Below, one piece after another: positions 38,923-48,886 of a DNA stretch of 64,000 nt. The notes beneath the pieces are model-generated. The model was not told the origin of the DNA. It saw only the letters and a list, made by a program, of their open reading frames with translations, and did no database searches. Each line of letters starts with the position of its first letter. Positions within the stretch are counted from its first letter, which is position 1. The stretch comes from Chryseobacterium gleum (GTDB taxonomy: Bacteria > Bacteroidota > Bacteroidia > Flavobacteriales_F > PHOS-HE28): assembly GCA_945872795.1 (NCBI GenBank), contig CAMCAZ010000013.1:915-64914 (forward strand). The letters are read 5' to 3'. Made by a program: the position numbers and the translations under genes.

Positions 38923-39953
38923 GCGTATCGCCAGCGCTTGGCAATTTTAACGAGATGCAGCATGATCGGCACCTCGATGAGCACGCCCACCACGGTGACC
39001 AAAGCAGCGCCGCTGTTCAGGCCGAAGAGCGCGATCGCCACGGCCACGGCAAGCTCGAAGAAGTTGCTGGCCCCGACCATACTGGCCGGTGCGCAGGTGC
39101 GGTAGTTCAGACCCAACCAGCGGCCGCTTTTCCAGGTCAGGAAGAAGATGAAGTAGGTCTGGATCGTGAGCGGGATGGCGATGAGCAGGATGTCCAGCGG
39201 TTTGTCGAGGATACGTTGTCCCTGGAAGGCGAAGAGCAGCACCAGCGTGGCAAGCAGCGCCGTGATGGACACCGGCTTCAGCATCGGCAGGAAGCGCGTC
39301 TTGAACCACTGCTCACCCTTGGTGCGCATCAACCAACGGTGCGTGAGGTAGCCCGCCACGAGCGGGATCAACACGAAGACAAGGACCGATGTGATCAGTA
39401 CGCCCCACGGTATGACAATGCCTGTGATGCCCAGCAGCAATTGCACGATGGGGATGAAGAGCACGAGCAGGATCAGATCGTTCACGCTGACCTGTACAAG
39501 CGTGTAGTTGGGGTCGCCGCCGCTGAGGTAGCTCCACACGAAGACCATGGCCGTGCAGGGCGCTGCACCGAGCAGGATGGCCCCGGCGATGTACTCGTTG
39601 GCCATCTCGGGCGTGATCCACGCTGCGTAGAGCTTGGTGAAGAAGATCCAGGCAAAGAAGGCCATGGTGAAGGGCTTGATCAGCCAGTTGACCACTACGG
39701 TAAGACCGAGCCCCTTCAGCTGCGGCCCGATCTTTCGTACACTGTCAAAGTCCACTTGCACCATCATGGGATAGATCATCAACCAGATGAGGATGGCAAC
39801 CGGGATGTTCACCGTATTGATCTCCATGTCGGCGATCACCTGCATGCCGCTGCCGGTGACCTTGCCCAGCGCAATGCCTGCGGCGATGCAGAGGAGCACC
39901 CAAGCGGTGAGGTACTTCTCGAAGAAACCGATGGTGGGAGTGGAGTCGCTCAT
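38919..39953 (-). CDS. acr3: ACR3-family arsenite efflux transporter
   Basis: FFEKYLT.WV, APCTAMVFVWS, ASNFFELAVA, VLIEVPIM. Confidence 0.95.
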   Translation of the reverse strand: MSDSTPTIGFFEKYLTAWVLLCIAAGIALGKVTGSGMQVIADMEINTVNIPVAILIWLMIYPMMVQVDFDSVRKIGPQLKGLGLTVVVNWLIKPFTMAFFAWIFFTKLYAAWITPEMANEYIAGAILLGAAPCTAMVFVWSYLSGGDPNYTLVQVSVNDLILLVLFIPIVQLLLGITGIVIPWGVLITSVLVFVLIPLVAGYLTHRWLMRTKGEQWFKTRFLPMLKPVSITALLATLVLLFAFQGQRILDKPLDILLIAIPLTIQTYFIFFLTWKSGRWLGLNYRTCAPASMVGASNFFELAVAVAIALFGLNSGAALVTVVGVLIEVPIMLHLVKIAKRWRYA

Positions 39954-40075
39954 AGTATGAGAAATGCGGTCGCAGATGACGCAGATGGCGAAGATGAAAT
40001 ACCGTGCACCAATAAGTGTCCCATCCACGCTGAGTTATCTGCGTTCATCTGCGTCATCTGCGGCGGTAGTGTAGT

Positions 40076-40759
40076 TCATTCTGCGGCCCGTTGCATCACA
40101 TACCACAGCTCTGCGGCGATCTGCAGACAGCGCTCATCGTAGCGAGCGGCCTCTTCCGGCGTTCCGTCGGCCACCTTCGGGTCGTTGTAGGGCAGGCTGA
40201 TCCGGTCCAGCGCACCGAACACGATCGGGCAATTCTTGTCCGCCTCCGAGCAGGTCATCACCGCGCAGAAATCCTGCTGTGGGTTGGGAGCGTCATCGTA
40301 CTTCTTGCTCCAACAACGTTCGGCGGCGTGGTCCTTGGTGAAGGATACCTCGTAGACCGGATTCTTCCCCTCGGACTTCACCACCTGGAAACCGGCCCGT
40401 TCCACTGCCGCCACGGCACGCGGGTTGAAGGCTGTGGCTTCGGTGCCACCGCTATACGTGCGCACATGATCCTGGTCGAACGACCATGCTGCAGTGGCCG
40501 CCCAGAGTTGGCTGAGGTGACTGCGGCGACTGTTGTGCGTGCAGATGAAGGTGAGGTCGGCGGTGGCTCCGGCGGCCTTACGTTCCTTGACGAACTCGGC
40601 GAGCAGGTCAAGGCTTTCCTTGCGTTCGGCCGGTATGGTCGCGACAGCGGGCAGCACCCGTTCGTTCACGTAGCGCTGGAGTTCGGGATGAAGGCTGCGG
40701 TCCATGGATGTGGCGTTGGCTTCGGTGGTGAGCAGGGAGAGGAGCAGGAAGGTGAGCAT
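40076..40759 (-). CDS. arsC: LMW-PTP-fold arsenate reductase/phosphatase
   Basis: FICTHNSRRS P-loop, SGGTE, VMTC..AD..CP, YNDPK; inside the ars operon. Alternative start at 40705. Confidence 0.75.
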   Translation of the reverse strand: MLTFLLLSLLTTEANATSMDRSLHPELQRYVNERVLPAVATIPAERKESLDLLAEFVKERKAAGATADLTFICTHNSRRSHLSQLWAATAAWSFDQDHVRTYSGGTEATAFNPRAVAAVERAGFQVVKSEGKNPVYEVSFTKDHAAERCWSKKYDDAPNPQQDFCAVMTCSEADKNCPIVFGALDRISLPYNDPKVADGTPEEAARYDERCLQIAAELWYVMQRAAE

Positions 40760-40778
40760 GGTCAGGGGTTTTTGGAGA

Positions 40779-41702
40779 TCAGCAACAGGCCACTCCGAGG
40801 TCGCAGCCGTCCAGTCCACGCGTCTTGTCGGTCGCGGCATTGGGTGTCAGGTCCTTCAATTCCCTGGTACCCTTCGCCGGTGCGCAGCATTCCACCGTGG
40901 ACTTCTTCGCGAACACGGTCACGCTGAAGATGCCGGTGCCACTGGCCTTGAAGGCCGAAATCTCGTCGGCGCTCAGGTAGTTCGCCAGGATGTCGTCGGG
41001 GATGATGATCGGCTTGCGCTTTTGCACATAGATCTCCTCGAAGCCCAGTTCGCGGATGATGCCCAGGTATTCATCCTGCTGCAGCGCACCGCTCACGCAG
41101 CCGGCGTACATCTCCGCGGCGCCTTGCAGTTGTGGGGGCAGGTCGCCCACCAGTACCACATCGCTGATGCTGAAGTGGCCACCGGGCTTCAGCACGCGCA
41201 GCACCTCGCTCAAGGCCTGGCGTTTGTTGGGCACCAGGTTCAGTACGCAGTTGCTCACCACCACATCCACCATGCAGGCGGAGAGGGGTAGTGTCTCGAT
41301 GTCGCCCTGGCGGAACTCCACGTTCTGGTAGTCCAGTTTGCGGGCGTTCTCCCTGGCCTTCGCCAGCATCTCGGGCGTGAAGTCCACCCCGATCACCCGT
41401 CCATCGGGACCGGTGGCGGCGCGTGCCACAAAGCAGTCGTTGCCGGCCCCGCTCCCCAGGTCGAGCACCGTATGGCCCGGCTTGATCAGCGCGAACTCTG
41501 TGGGCAGTCCGCAGCCCAGGCTGAGGTCCGCATCGGGGTTGTACCCATCGAGCGCGCTGTAGTCGTCGCTCATGATGGTGGCCACCTCGGTGCTGCAGCC
41601 GCCGGTGCCACAACAGCTGCTGGCGTTGGTGCTCCTGTCCTGCAGGGCGATCTCCGCGTACTTGGCGCGGACCATATCCTTGGTCTCTTGTGCGGTGTTC
41701 AT
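40779..41702 (-). CDS. arsM: Arsenite S-adenosylmethionine methyltransferase
   Basis: LGCGLP, VLDLGSGAGND, VVSNCVLNL, YAGCVSGA; Cys pairs at both ends. Confidence 0.95.
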   Translation of the reverse strand: MNTAQETKDMVRAKYAEIALQDRSTNASSCCGTGGCSTEVATIMSDDYSALDGYNPDADLSLGCGLPTEFALIKPGHTVLDLGSGAGNDCFVARAATGPDGRVIGVDFTPEMLAKARENARKLDYQNVEFRQGDIETLPLSACMVDVVVSNCVLNLVPNKRQALSEVLRVLKPGGHFSISDVVLVGDLPPQLQGAAEMYAGCVSGALQQDEYLGIIRELGFEEIYVQKRKPIIIPDDILANYLSADEISAFKASGTGIFSVTVFAKKSTVECCAPAKGTRELKDLTPNAATDKTRGLDGCDLGVACC

Positions 41703-41743
41703 GGCTGGTGTGGGTTGGGGTCGATCATGATCGACCCTTAGGG

Positions 41744-42076
41744 TCAGCAGCAGCTGCTGCCGACGGGTTGGTATTTGTTGAAGAGGATGTTGAAGGCCGC
41801 TTGTGCCTTGGCCCAGGCCTTGGGTTCGATGCAATAGCACACGGAGGTGCCTTCCACGGTACCGGTGATGAAGCCGGCATCCTTCAGCTCGCGCAGGTGC
41901 TGGCTGATGGTGGCCTGAGCGAGCCCCAGTTCATCCACCAGGCTTCCGCACACGCAGGTGTTCTGTTTCAGCAGGTAGTGCAGGATGGCGATGCGCGCGG
42001 GATGGCCCAGTACCTTGGCCCAGTTGGCCAGCTGGTTCTGCTGTGCAGTGAAGAGATCGGTCTTGGTGACGCCCAT
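41744..42076 (-). CDS. arsR: ArsR/SmtB transcriptional repressor
   Basis: LGHPARIAI, CVCG, TISQHL.ELK, VCYCI, terminal CC. Confidence 0.95.
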   Translation of the reverse strand: MGVTKTDLFTAQQNQLANWAKVLGHPARIAILHYLLKQNTCVCGSLVDELGLAQATISQHLRELKDAGFITGTVEGTSVCYCIEPKAWAKAQAAFNILFNKYQPVGSSCC

Positions 42077-42089
42077 GGGGTTCTTATAG

Positions 42090-42105
42090 ATCGCAATATT
42101 ACGAT
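42090..42105. promoter_or_regulatory. Putative ArsR operator
   Basis: Near-perfect palindrome ATCGCAATATTACGAT immediately upstream of arsR. Confidence 0.7.
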
Positions 42106-42159
42106 GATATGGTATCCATCGGTACATGCCGATGAAGATTTAACACTTGACGGGGGGGA

Positions 42160-43239
42160 CTACTTGGGCGCGGTGCGGTAGATCCAGACGCCGACCAGGG
42201 CGAAGATCACGTTGGGCAGCCACACGGCGATGAGGGGGTTGAGCCCGGCATTGGTGGCGGCCACGGTGGTCAGCTTCATCGCGAAGATGTAGAGCAGGAT
42301 GAGCAGCACGCCGAGGGCCAGGTGCAGCCCCGTTCCCCCGCGCACCTTGCGGCTCGCGATGCTGACCCCGATGAGCGTGAAGATGTAGGTGGCGAAGGGG
42401 TAGGAGGTGCGCTGGTGCTTCTCGATCAGGTAGGGCATCACGGAATCGTCGCCCTGCGCCTGTTTGGCGGTGATGTAGCTGTTGATCTCGGTCCAGCCCA
42501 TGGCCATGGCGGTCTCCCAACGCTGACCCAGGTCGGAGGGTTTCAGGGGGATGATGGTATCCAGTTCGTGCCCGCGCACCACCGCCTCCGGCACCACGTC
42601 CATGCGGCGTGACACGTAGTCATACACCTTCCATGAGCCGGCCAGGGTATCGTACGCGGCCCGGTCGGCATTGAGTTTCGCCACGAGGATGCCGTCGCGC
42701 CACTCCTCCAGGCTGAAGCGGTGCCCCATGCGGTCCTGTGCCTTGAAGGTCTCGAAATAGGCGATGACGCCCGGTGCGATCTCGCGGTGCAGGTGTTTCT
42801 CGTTCACGTTGAACGACACGCGGATATGGGTCTCCTCAAAGGCCAGTCTGATGCGGTTGGCTGCCGGCAGCACCCGATGGTTGATCACCAACGAGAGCAT
42901 GGTGAGGATGGTGGCGGCCAGGAAGTAGGGCCACATGATGCGGGGGAAACTGACGCCGCTGCTGAGCATGGCGATGACCTCGGTGCGGTGCGCAAGTTTG
43001 CTGGTGAACAGCAGCACCGCCAGGAAGATCAGCAGCCCGCTGAACAGGTTGCTGTAGTAGATGACGAAGTTGAGGTAGTAGTCCCGGACGATCTCCAGCG
43101 TGCTCGCCTTCATCTTCGCAAAGTCCTCGGTCTTCTCACTGATGTCGAACACCACAGCGATGAGCATGATGGTGACGAGGATGAAGAAGAAGGTCCCCAG
43201 GAATTGCCGGATGATATAGCGGTCGAGGGTTCTTAACAC
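42160..43239 (-). CDS. LptF/LptG family LPS export permease
   Basis: LDRYII, VFDISEK, TEVIAMLSSGVSF.R, RKVRGG.G, WLPN. Confidence 0.9.
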   Translation of the reverse strand: MLRTLDRYIIRQFLGTFFFILVTIMLIAVVFDISEKTEDFAKMKASTLEIVRDYYLNFVIYYSNLFSGLLIFLAVLLFTSKLAHRTEVIAMLSSGVSFPRIMWPYFLAATILTMLSLVINHRVLPAANRIRLAFEETHIRVSFNVNEKHLHREIAPGVIAYFETFKAQDRMGHRFSLEEWRDGILVAKLNADRAAYDTLAGSWKVYDYVSRRMDVVPEAVVRGHELDTIIPLKPSDLGQRWETAMAMGWTEINSYITAKQAQGDDSVMPYLIEKHQRTSYPFATYIFTLIGVSIASRKVRGGTGLHLALGVLLILLYIFAMKLTTVAATNAGLNPLIAVWLPNVIFALVGVWIYRTAPK

Positions 43240-43306
43240 GGCTGGCTTCTGGCTACTGGCTTCTGGCTACGGTAACTAGCCAGTGGCCAGAAGCCAACAG
43301 CCAGCG
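43240..43306. repeat. Inverted heptamer array (CTGGCTW)n / (WAGCCAG)n
   Basis: GGCTGGCTTCTGGCTACTGGCTTCTGGCTA...TAGCCAGTGGCCAGAAGCCAACAGCCAGC. Confidence 0.75.
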
Positions 43307-43313
43307 GCTACTA

Positions 43314-44444
43314 TCAAAGTCTCGTTTTCAGTTTCGGCAACAAGGCGTTCTTCCATTCCGTGAACGATCCGCCGAGGATATTGGTACGCGCCTCGTTCAT
43401 CAGGGAAAGGTAGAAGCCCAGGTTGTGGAGGCTGGCGATCTGCTGGCCCAGCATCTCATTGCTTTGGAACAGGTGCCGCACGAAGGCCCTGCTGTAGGCG
43501 GTGTCCACCCAGCTGTGGGCGCCAGGGTCCAGCGGGCTGTGGTCATCGGACCATTGTCTGTTCTTGATGTTCACCACGCCATCCATGGTGAAGAGCATGC
43601 CGTTGCGGCCGTTGCGGGTGGGCATCACACAGTCGAACATGTCCACGCCGCGCGCCATGTTCTCCAGCAGGTTCCACGGTGTGCCCACGCCCATCAGGTA
43701 GCGGGGCCGGTCCTTCGGCAGGATGTCGCAGCACAGTTCCGCCATGGCGTACATCTCCTCTTCCGGCTCACCCACGCTCAGTCCGCCGATGGCATTGCCC
43801 ACGGCTCCCTTTCCGGCGATGTACTCCGCTGAGCGTTTGCGCAGATCGGCGAAGGTACTGCCCTGCACGATGGGGAAGAGGGCCTGTTCGTGTCCGTACT
43901 TCGGCTCGGTGGTATTGAAGCGTTCGATGCAGCGGTCCAGCCAGCGGTGGGTGAGGTGCATGCTCTTTTCGGCGTAGGCCGGCTCGCAGGGCCAGGGCGT
44001 GCATTCGTCAAAGGCCATGCAGATGTCGGCGCCGATGGTTCGCTGCACATCCATCACGCTTTCGGGGGTGAACAGGTGCTTGCTGCCATCGATGTGGCTG
44101 GAGAAGCGCACGCCTTCCTCGGTGATCTTGCGGATGTCGCTGAGGGAGTGCACCTGGAAACCACCGCTGTCGGTGAGGATGGGGCGGTCCCATCCGTTGA
44201 ACTTGTGGAGTCCGCCGGCGTGCTCGATCACCTCCATGCCCGGCCTCAGGTAGAGGTGGTAGGTGTTGCTGAGCATGATGGGCGCGTTGAGGTCGTTGCG
44301 CAGTTCGCGGGGGTGCACGGCCTTCACAGCGCCCAGGGTGCCCACCGGCATGAACACGGGTGTGGGGATCACGCCGTGGTCGGTGTGCAGTTCGCCGGCC
44401 CGTGCATGGGAGGCGGCGTCGGTGGTCAGGAGCTTGAATTCCAT
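43314..44444 (-). CDS. tgt: tRNA-guanine transglycosylase
   Basis: TPVFMPVGT, NTYHL.LRPG, TDSGGFQV, IGGLSVGE, DCVMPTRNGRNG; true start MEFKL. Confidence 0.97.
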   Translation of the reverse strand: MEFKLLTTDAASHARAGELHTDHGVIPTPVFMPVGTLGAVKAVHPRELRNDLNAPIMLSNTYHLYLRPGMEVIEHAGGLHKFNGWDRPILTDSGGFQVHSLSDIRKITEEGVRFSSHIDGSKHLFTPESVMDVQRTIGADICMAFDECTPWPCEPAYAEKSMHLTHRWLDRCIERFNTTEPKYGHEQALFPIVQGSTFADLRKRSAEYIAGKGAVGNAIGGLSVGEPEEEMYAMAELCCDILPKDRPRYLMGVGTPWNLLENMARGVDMFDCVMPTRNGRNGMLFTMDGVVNIKNRQWSDDHSPLDPGAHSWVDTAYSRAFVRHLFQSNEMLGQQIASLHNLGFYLSLMNEARTNILGGSFTEWKNALLPKLKTRL

Positions 44445-44458
44445 GGTAAAACGGCCGC

Positions 44459-44466
44459 CAAAGGTA
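44459..44466 (-). promoter_or_regulatory. Bacteroidota -7 promoter element for tgt
   Basis: TACCTTTG on the minus strand, an exact TAnnTTTG match, 14 bp upstream of the ATG. Confidence 0.65.
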
Positions 44467-44601
44467 GGACCAGGGCGGCTGGCGGACCATCCACGTCCGG
44501 GCTGTTCATAACTGGCCGCACCGCCCGGGCAGGGGGGCGGGCAGGGGGGATAGCTTCGCCCTCGTAGCTGCCCGCCCTGTGCAGCATCGTCCGAAACATC
44601 C

Positions 44602-45702
44602 ATGTGGTCCCTTGAATTCCAGGTGATGGCTGGCGCACTGCTGGTGCTCCTGTTCTTCCATCTGTTCATGTTCCTGCGCCTGGCGTTGCGGCGCCCGCCT
44701 GCCGAGCCGGACCGCGAACTGCCCATCAGCGTGGTGATCTGCTCGCGCAATGAGGCCCGCACCCTGGAGGAGCTGCTTCCCGTGCTGCTGGCCCAGGACC
44801 ATCGCACCTTCGAGGTGGTGGTGGTGAACGACCGCAGCGAGGATGACACCTGGGAGGTGCTGCAATGGATGAATCCCCAGCACGAACGGCTGCGCCCGGT
44901 GAACATCCAGGCGGACGAAAAATTCAACTACGGCAAGAAGATCGCCCTGGGCGTCGGGGTGCGTGCCGCGAAATATCCGCATGTGCTGCTCACGGATGCC
45001 GACTGCCTGCCCGAGGGGAAGGATTGGATCAGCACCATGGCCTCCGGGTTCAAGAGCGGACGCAGCATCGTCATCGGCCACAGTCCCTATGCCACCCAGC
45101 CCGGCGTGGCCAACGTGCTGGAGCGCTACGACGGGTGTGTGAAGGCCGCCCAGTACATGTCCTTCGCCCTCGCCGGACTGCCCTACATGGGCGTGGGCCG
45201 TAACCTGGCCTACACCAGCGAGGTCTTCTTCAATGCCCGCACCGCTCGTCGCGGCAACCACCTGATGAGCGGCGACGACGACCTCTTCATCAACGCGGTG
45301 GCCAAGGCGAACAACACCGCCGTGGTCGTCGATCCCCGGTCCTTCATGACCACGCGGCCCACTGCCGACCTCGCGTCGTGGATCCGCCGCAAGCGCAGGC
45401 ACTACACCACAGCCGTGCATTACCGGCTGGGCCACCAGGTTCTGCTGACCCTGCTGCCTTTGGCCCACATGGTGTTCTGGGTCTCGCTCGTGCTGCTCGT
45501 CCTCTCGGGTCAGTGGTCGTCCGTGGCGATCGCCGCGGCCATCAAGCTGGGCATCCTGCTGCCCATCACCATGCTGGCCCTGCACCGCCTGCGTGCCGGG
45601 TCGCTCATCTGGTTCGCATTACCCTTGGAATGGTTGTTCCTACTTTTGGATCCACTGCTGTACGCCAGCACGATCCTCGCCAAGCCCAAACGATGGAAGT
45701 GA
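44602..45702 (+). CDS. Glycosyltransferase family 2, membrane-bound
   Basis: SVVICSRNE, VVNDRS.D, LTDADC, SGDDDL, RKRRH. Confidence 0.9.
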   Translation: MWSLEFQVMAGALLVLLFFHLFMFLRLALRRPPAEPDRELPISVVICSRNEARTLEELLPVLLAQDHRTFEVVVVNDRSEDDTWEVLQWMNPQHERLRPVNIQADEKFNYGKKIALGVGVRAAKYPHVLLTDADCLPEGKDWISTMASGFKSGRSIVIGHSPYATQPGVANVLERYDGCVKAAQYMSFALAGLPYMGVGRNLAYTSEVFFNARTARRGNHLMSGDDDLFINAVAKANNTAVVVDPRSFMTTRPTADLASWIRRKRRHYTTAVHYRLGHQVLLTLLPLAHMVFWVSLVLLVLSGQWSSVAIAAAIKLGILLPITMLALHRLRAGSLIWFALPLEWLFLLLDPLLYASTILAKPKRWK

Positions 45703-46301
45703 ACGAGAACCTCAGCGAGAAAGCCCGCTACGACTATCTGCTCGTCCGGCGCGCCGTGGACAAAGGCGATCAGAAGGCCTACGCCGAACTGATGAGCCGT
45801 TACCGCGACTCCATCTACTTCATGTTGTTGAAGATGATCAACAACAAGGACGATGCGGACGATCTCACCATCGAAGCCTTCGGCAAGGCCTTTCATCGCC
45901 TGAAGCAGTACACGCCGAACTATGCCTTCAGCACCTGGCTGTTCAAGATCGCGTCGAACAATTGCATCGACTGGATCCGCAAACAGAAGAAGAAGACCTT
46001 CTCCATCGACAATCCCATCGGCACCGATGATGGCGATGAGATGACGATCGAGCTGAAGAGCCACGGCCTGGATCCCGAGGATATCGCCATCAAGGAGCAG
46101 AAGAACGCCATCATGCGCGAAGTGGTGGACAAGCTGAAGCCCCGCTACCGTACGCTCGTGGAGCTGCGCTACTACAAGGAGTACAGCTACGAGGAGATCG
46201 CCGAGGAGCTCGACCTGCCCCTGGGTACCGTGAAGGCGCAATTGTTCCGTGCCCGGGAGTTCCTCCTCAACCTGATGGAGAGCCGGAAGGATACCATTTG
46301 A
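45693..46301 (+). CDS. ECF RNA polymerase sigma-70 factor
   Basis: DADDLTIEAF.KAF, FSTWLFKIA.N..ID, SYEEIA..L.LPLGTVK..L.RAR. Confidence 0.95.
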   Translation: MEVNENLSEKARYDYLLVRRAVDKGDQKAYAELMSRYRDSIYFMLLKMINNKDDADDLTIEAFGKAFHRLKQYTPNYAFSTWLFKIASNNCIDWIRKQKKKTFSIDNPIGTDDGDEMTIELKSHGLDPEDIAIKEQKNAIMREVVDKLKPRYRTLVELRYYKEYSYEEIAEELDLPLGTVKAQLFRAREFLLNLMESRKDTI

Positions 46302-46362
46302 ATGCCATGTGCGCAGGTGTGCATGTGACCATGTGCACAGCAGCACATGCCCAGTTGAGCAC

Positions 46363-46983
46363 ATGAACCGCTCCGGCATTTCGATCCTCCTGCAGTACTT
46401 CCCGGAGCTCTCCGCCCTGCAGCGTGAGCAGTTCACGAAGCTCGGCGAGCTCTACGCGCAGTGGAACGAACGCGTGAACCTCATCTCGCGCAAGGACTTC
46501 GAGCACCTCTACGAGCGGCATATCCTGCATTCGCTGGGCATCGCCAAGTTGGTGCAGTTCAAGAAGGGAACCCGGGTCGTGGATGTGGGCACCGGCGGTG
46601 GTTTCCCCCTGGTGCCATTGGCGATCCTCTTCCCACAGTGCACCTTCCACGGCATCGACGGCATCGGCAAGAAGATCACCGCGGTGAAGGGTGTGGTCGA
46701 GGGACTGGGGATCACCAACTGCAGCGCGGAACAGGTGCGGAGCGAGGACCACAAGCAGAAGTACGATGTGATCGTCAGCCGTGCCGTCACCACCCTGCCC
46801 GAGTTCCTGCGCATGACCCGGCACCTGGTGAACAAGGGCGAGGGCACGCTCTACTACCTGAAGGGCGGTGAGCTGGCGGACGAGCTCTTGCCCATCAAAC
46901 AGTCGTACCGCGTGTTCGAGCTCTCGGAGTTCTTCGAGGAGGAGTTCTTCGCGACGAAGAAGGTGGTGCGGGTGGAACTGTGA
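46363..46983 (+). CDS. rsmG: 16S rRNA m7G527 methyltransferase
   Basis: WN..VNLISR, HILHSL, DVGTGGGFP, VSRAV, LKG. Confidence 0.95.
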   Translation: MNRSGISILLQYFPELSALQREQFTKLGELYAQWNERVNLISRKDFEHLYERHILHSLGIAKLVQFKKGTRVVDVGTGGGFPLVPLAILFPQCTFHGIDGIGKKITAVKGVVEGLGITNCSAEQVRSEDHKQKYDVIVSRAVTTLPEFLRMTRHLVNKGEGTLYYLKGGELADELLPIKQSYRVFELSEFFEEEFFATKKVVRVEL

Positions 46984-47069
46984 AGGAGGTGTGAACTGTG
47001 GGTGCGGAGCTGTGAGGTGTGAACTGGCGCTACTTCACACCGCACAGATCACAGTTCACACCTCACACT
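46981..47069. repeat. Inverted heptamer array, same TGTGA/TCACA family as 33038-33328
   Basis: GGTGTGAACTGTGGGTGCGGAGCTGTGAGGTGTGAA...TTCACACCGCACAGATCACAGTTCACACCTCACAC between convergent genes. Confidence 0.75.
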
Positions 47070-48886
47070 TCCCTCAACTGCAACCGGCTCAGGTTGTGGT
47101 ACAGCCCGTCCACATGCGCGATGAGCTCATCATGGGTACCGCTCTCCACGATCATTCCCTTGTCCAGCACCAGGATCCGGTCCGCATCGCGCACGGTGCT
47201 CAGGCGGTGGGCGATCACCAGGCTGGTACGGCCCTTCATCAGTTCCTCCAAGGCTTCCTGCACCAGGCGCTCGCTCTCGCTGTCCAAGGCACTGGTGGCC
47301 TCATCGAGGATGAGGATCGCGGGGTCCTTCAGCACGGCACGGGCGATGGCGATCCGCTGACGCTGGCCGCCGCTGAGCTGCACGCCGCGCTCGCCCACCA
47401 CGGTGTCGTAGCCCTCCGGGAAGCTGGTGATGAAGTCGTGTGCATTGGCCTTTCGCGCTGCGGCTTCGATCCCTTCCTGTTCGGCGTTCGGGTCACCATA
47501 GGCGATGTTCTCCCGGATGGTGCCGCCGAAGAGCAGCACTTCCTGTGGCACGATGGCCATGCGATCACGCAGCGCGGTGAGCGGATACGCTGATGCGTTA
47601 CGATCATCGATGAGCAGTCCGCCAGCCACAGGTTCGTAGAAGCGTAGCACCAGCGCGGCGATGGTGCTCTTTCCCGCGCCGCTGGGACCCACGAGCGCGA
47701 TCCGTTGCCCGGGTTCGGCGAGGAAGGAGACGTCGTGCAGCACCGCCATGTCCGGCCGAGTGGCGTAGTGGAAATCCACATGGCGGAATTCGATGCGGCC
47801 CCGGATGGACAGTGGCGTTCCTTTCGGCGCCAGGCTGATGTCCTCCGCAGTTTCGTCGTGGATGTCCATCAGGCGTTCGGTGGCGCCCACGGCCTTCAGC
47901 AGGTTGGTCACGTACTCCGGGATGCTGCCGATGCTGGCGCCGATGAACACCGTGTACATGATGAAGGTGAAGAGCTGTCCGGTGCTGAGCACGCCGTCCT
48001 CCTTCAGGTGCACGCCCCGCCAGATCACGAGCACGATGGCGCCGAACATGCACAGGATGATGAACGACACGAAGGCCCCACGCCAGCGGGCACCCTTCAT
48101 GGCCAGGCCACGTGCGGCGGTCACGGCCTTGTTGTAGCGCAAGGCCTCCCAAGCCTCGTTGGCGAAGGCCTTCACGCTCTGGATGCCCTGCAGGGTCTCG
48201 TCCACCACCACATTGGTGTCGGCGATGCGGTCCTGCACCTGCTTGCTCAGCTTCTGGATGAAACGACCGAAGATCACGGCCACGATGGCCACCACGGGGA
48301 TGGAGGCGAGCATGGTGAGCGTGAGCTGTGGCGACAAGGTGGTGAGCAGCACGAGGCCCACGGTGACGATGATGACCTGGCGCACCAGCTCGGCCAGCGT
48401 GGTGGTGAAGGTGTCCTGCAGCAAGGCGACATCGGCGCTGATGCGGCTGTTGAGCTCCCCCACGCGACGTTGTGCGAAAAAGGTCATCGGCAGCTTCAGC
48501 AGGTGCTCGTAGGTATCCTGCCGCAGACGGGCCAGCATGTGCTCGGTGACGTAGGAGAAGAGGTAGATGCGCCCGAAGCCCAGGAGCGCCTGCAACGCGA
48601 ACACGCCCAGCAGCAGCAGGGCCACGGAATCAATGTTGCCGAGGTCGAGCAAGGCTTCCGTGTCGGTGGGCAGTTCACCCTTGGTGGCATCCACCAGCTT
48701 GCCCATGAGTCCGGGGAACACCATGCTGAGCAGGCTGGTGCTCAGCAGCAGCAGCATGCCAAAGGCGAAGGGCAGCCGATAGGGCCGTATGTAGCGGAAC
48801 AGCCGGAAGAACTTGCGCAGTGTGGTCCTGTTCAGCTTCGCCGGTTTGGCGTCGTCGTCACGGATGCGATTTCGGCGTGAGGCCAT
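47063..48886 (-). CDS. ABC transporter, fused permease/ATP-binding (MsbA/MdlB-like)
   Basis: GPSGAGKST, LSGGQRQR, LDEATSALD, IAHRLST; N-terminal TMD. Confidence 0.95.
   Translation of the reverse strand: MASRRNRIRDDDAKPAKLNRTTLRKFFRLFRYIRPYRLPFAFGMLLLLSTSLLSMVFPGLMGKLVDATKGELPTDTEALLDLGNIDSVALLLLGVFALQALLGFGRIYLFSYVTEHMLARLRQDTYEHLLKLPMTFFAQRRVGELNSRISADVALLQDTFTTTLAELVRQVIIVTVGLVLLTTLSPQLTLTMLASIPVVAIVAVIFGRFIQKLSKQVQDRIADTNVVVDETLQGIQSVKAFANEAWEALRYNKAVTAARGLAMKGARWRGAFVSFIILCMFGAIVLVIWRGVHLKEDGVLSTGQLFTFIMYTVFIGASIGSIPEYVTNLLKAVGATERLMDIHDETAEDISLAPKGTPLSIRGRIEFRHVDFHYATRPDMAVLHDVSFLAEPGQRIALVGPSGAGKSTIAALVLRFYEPVAGGLLIDDRNASAYPLTALRDRMAIVPQEVLLFGGTIRENIAYGDPNAEQEGIEAAARKANAHDFITSFPEGYDTVVGERGVQLSGGQRQRIAIARAVLKDPAILILDEATSALDSESERLVQEALEELMKGRTSLVIAHRLSTVRDADRILVLDKGMIVESGTHDELIAHVDGLYHNLSRLQLREV

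Noticed and set aside
44445-44927. Long N-terminal extension of tgt
   Set aside because: It overlaps the opposite-strand glycosyltransferase. Tgt homology and a TACCTTTG promoter fix the start at 44444.
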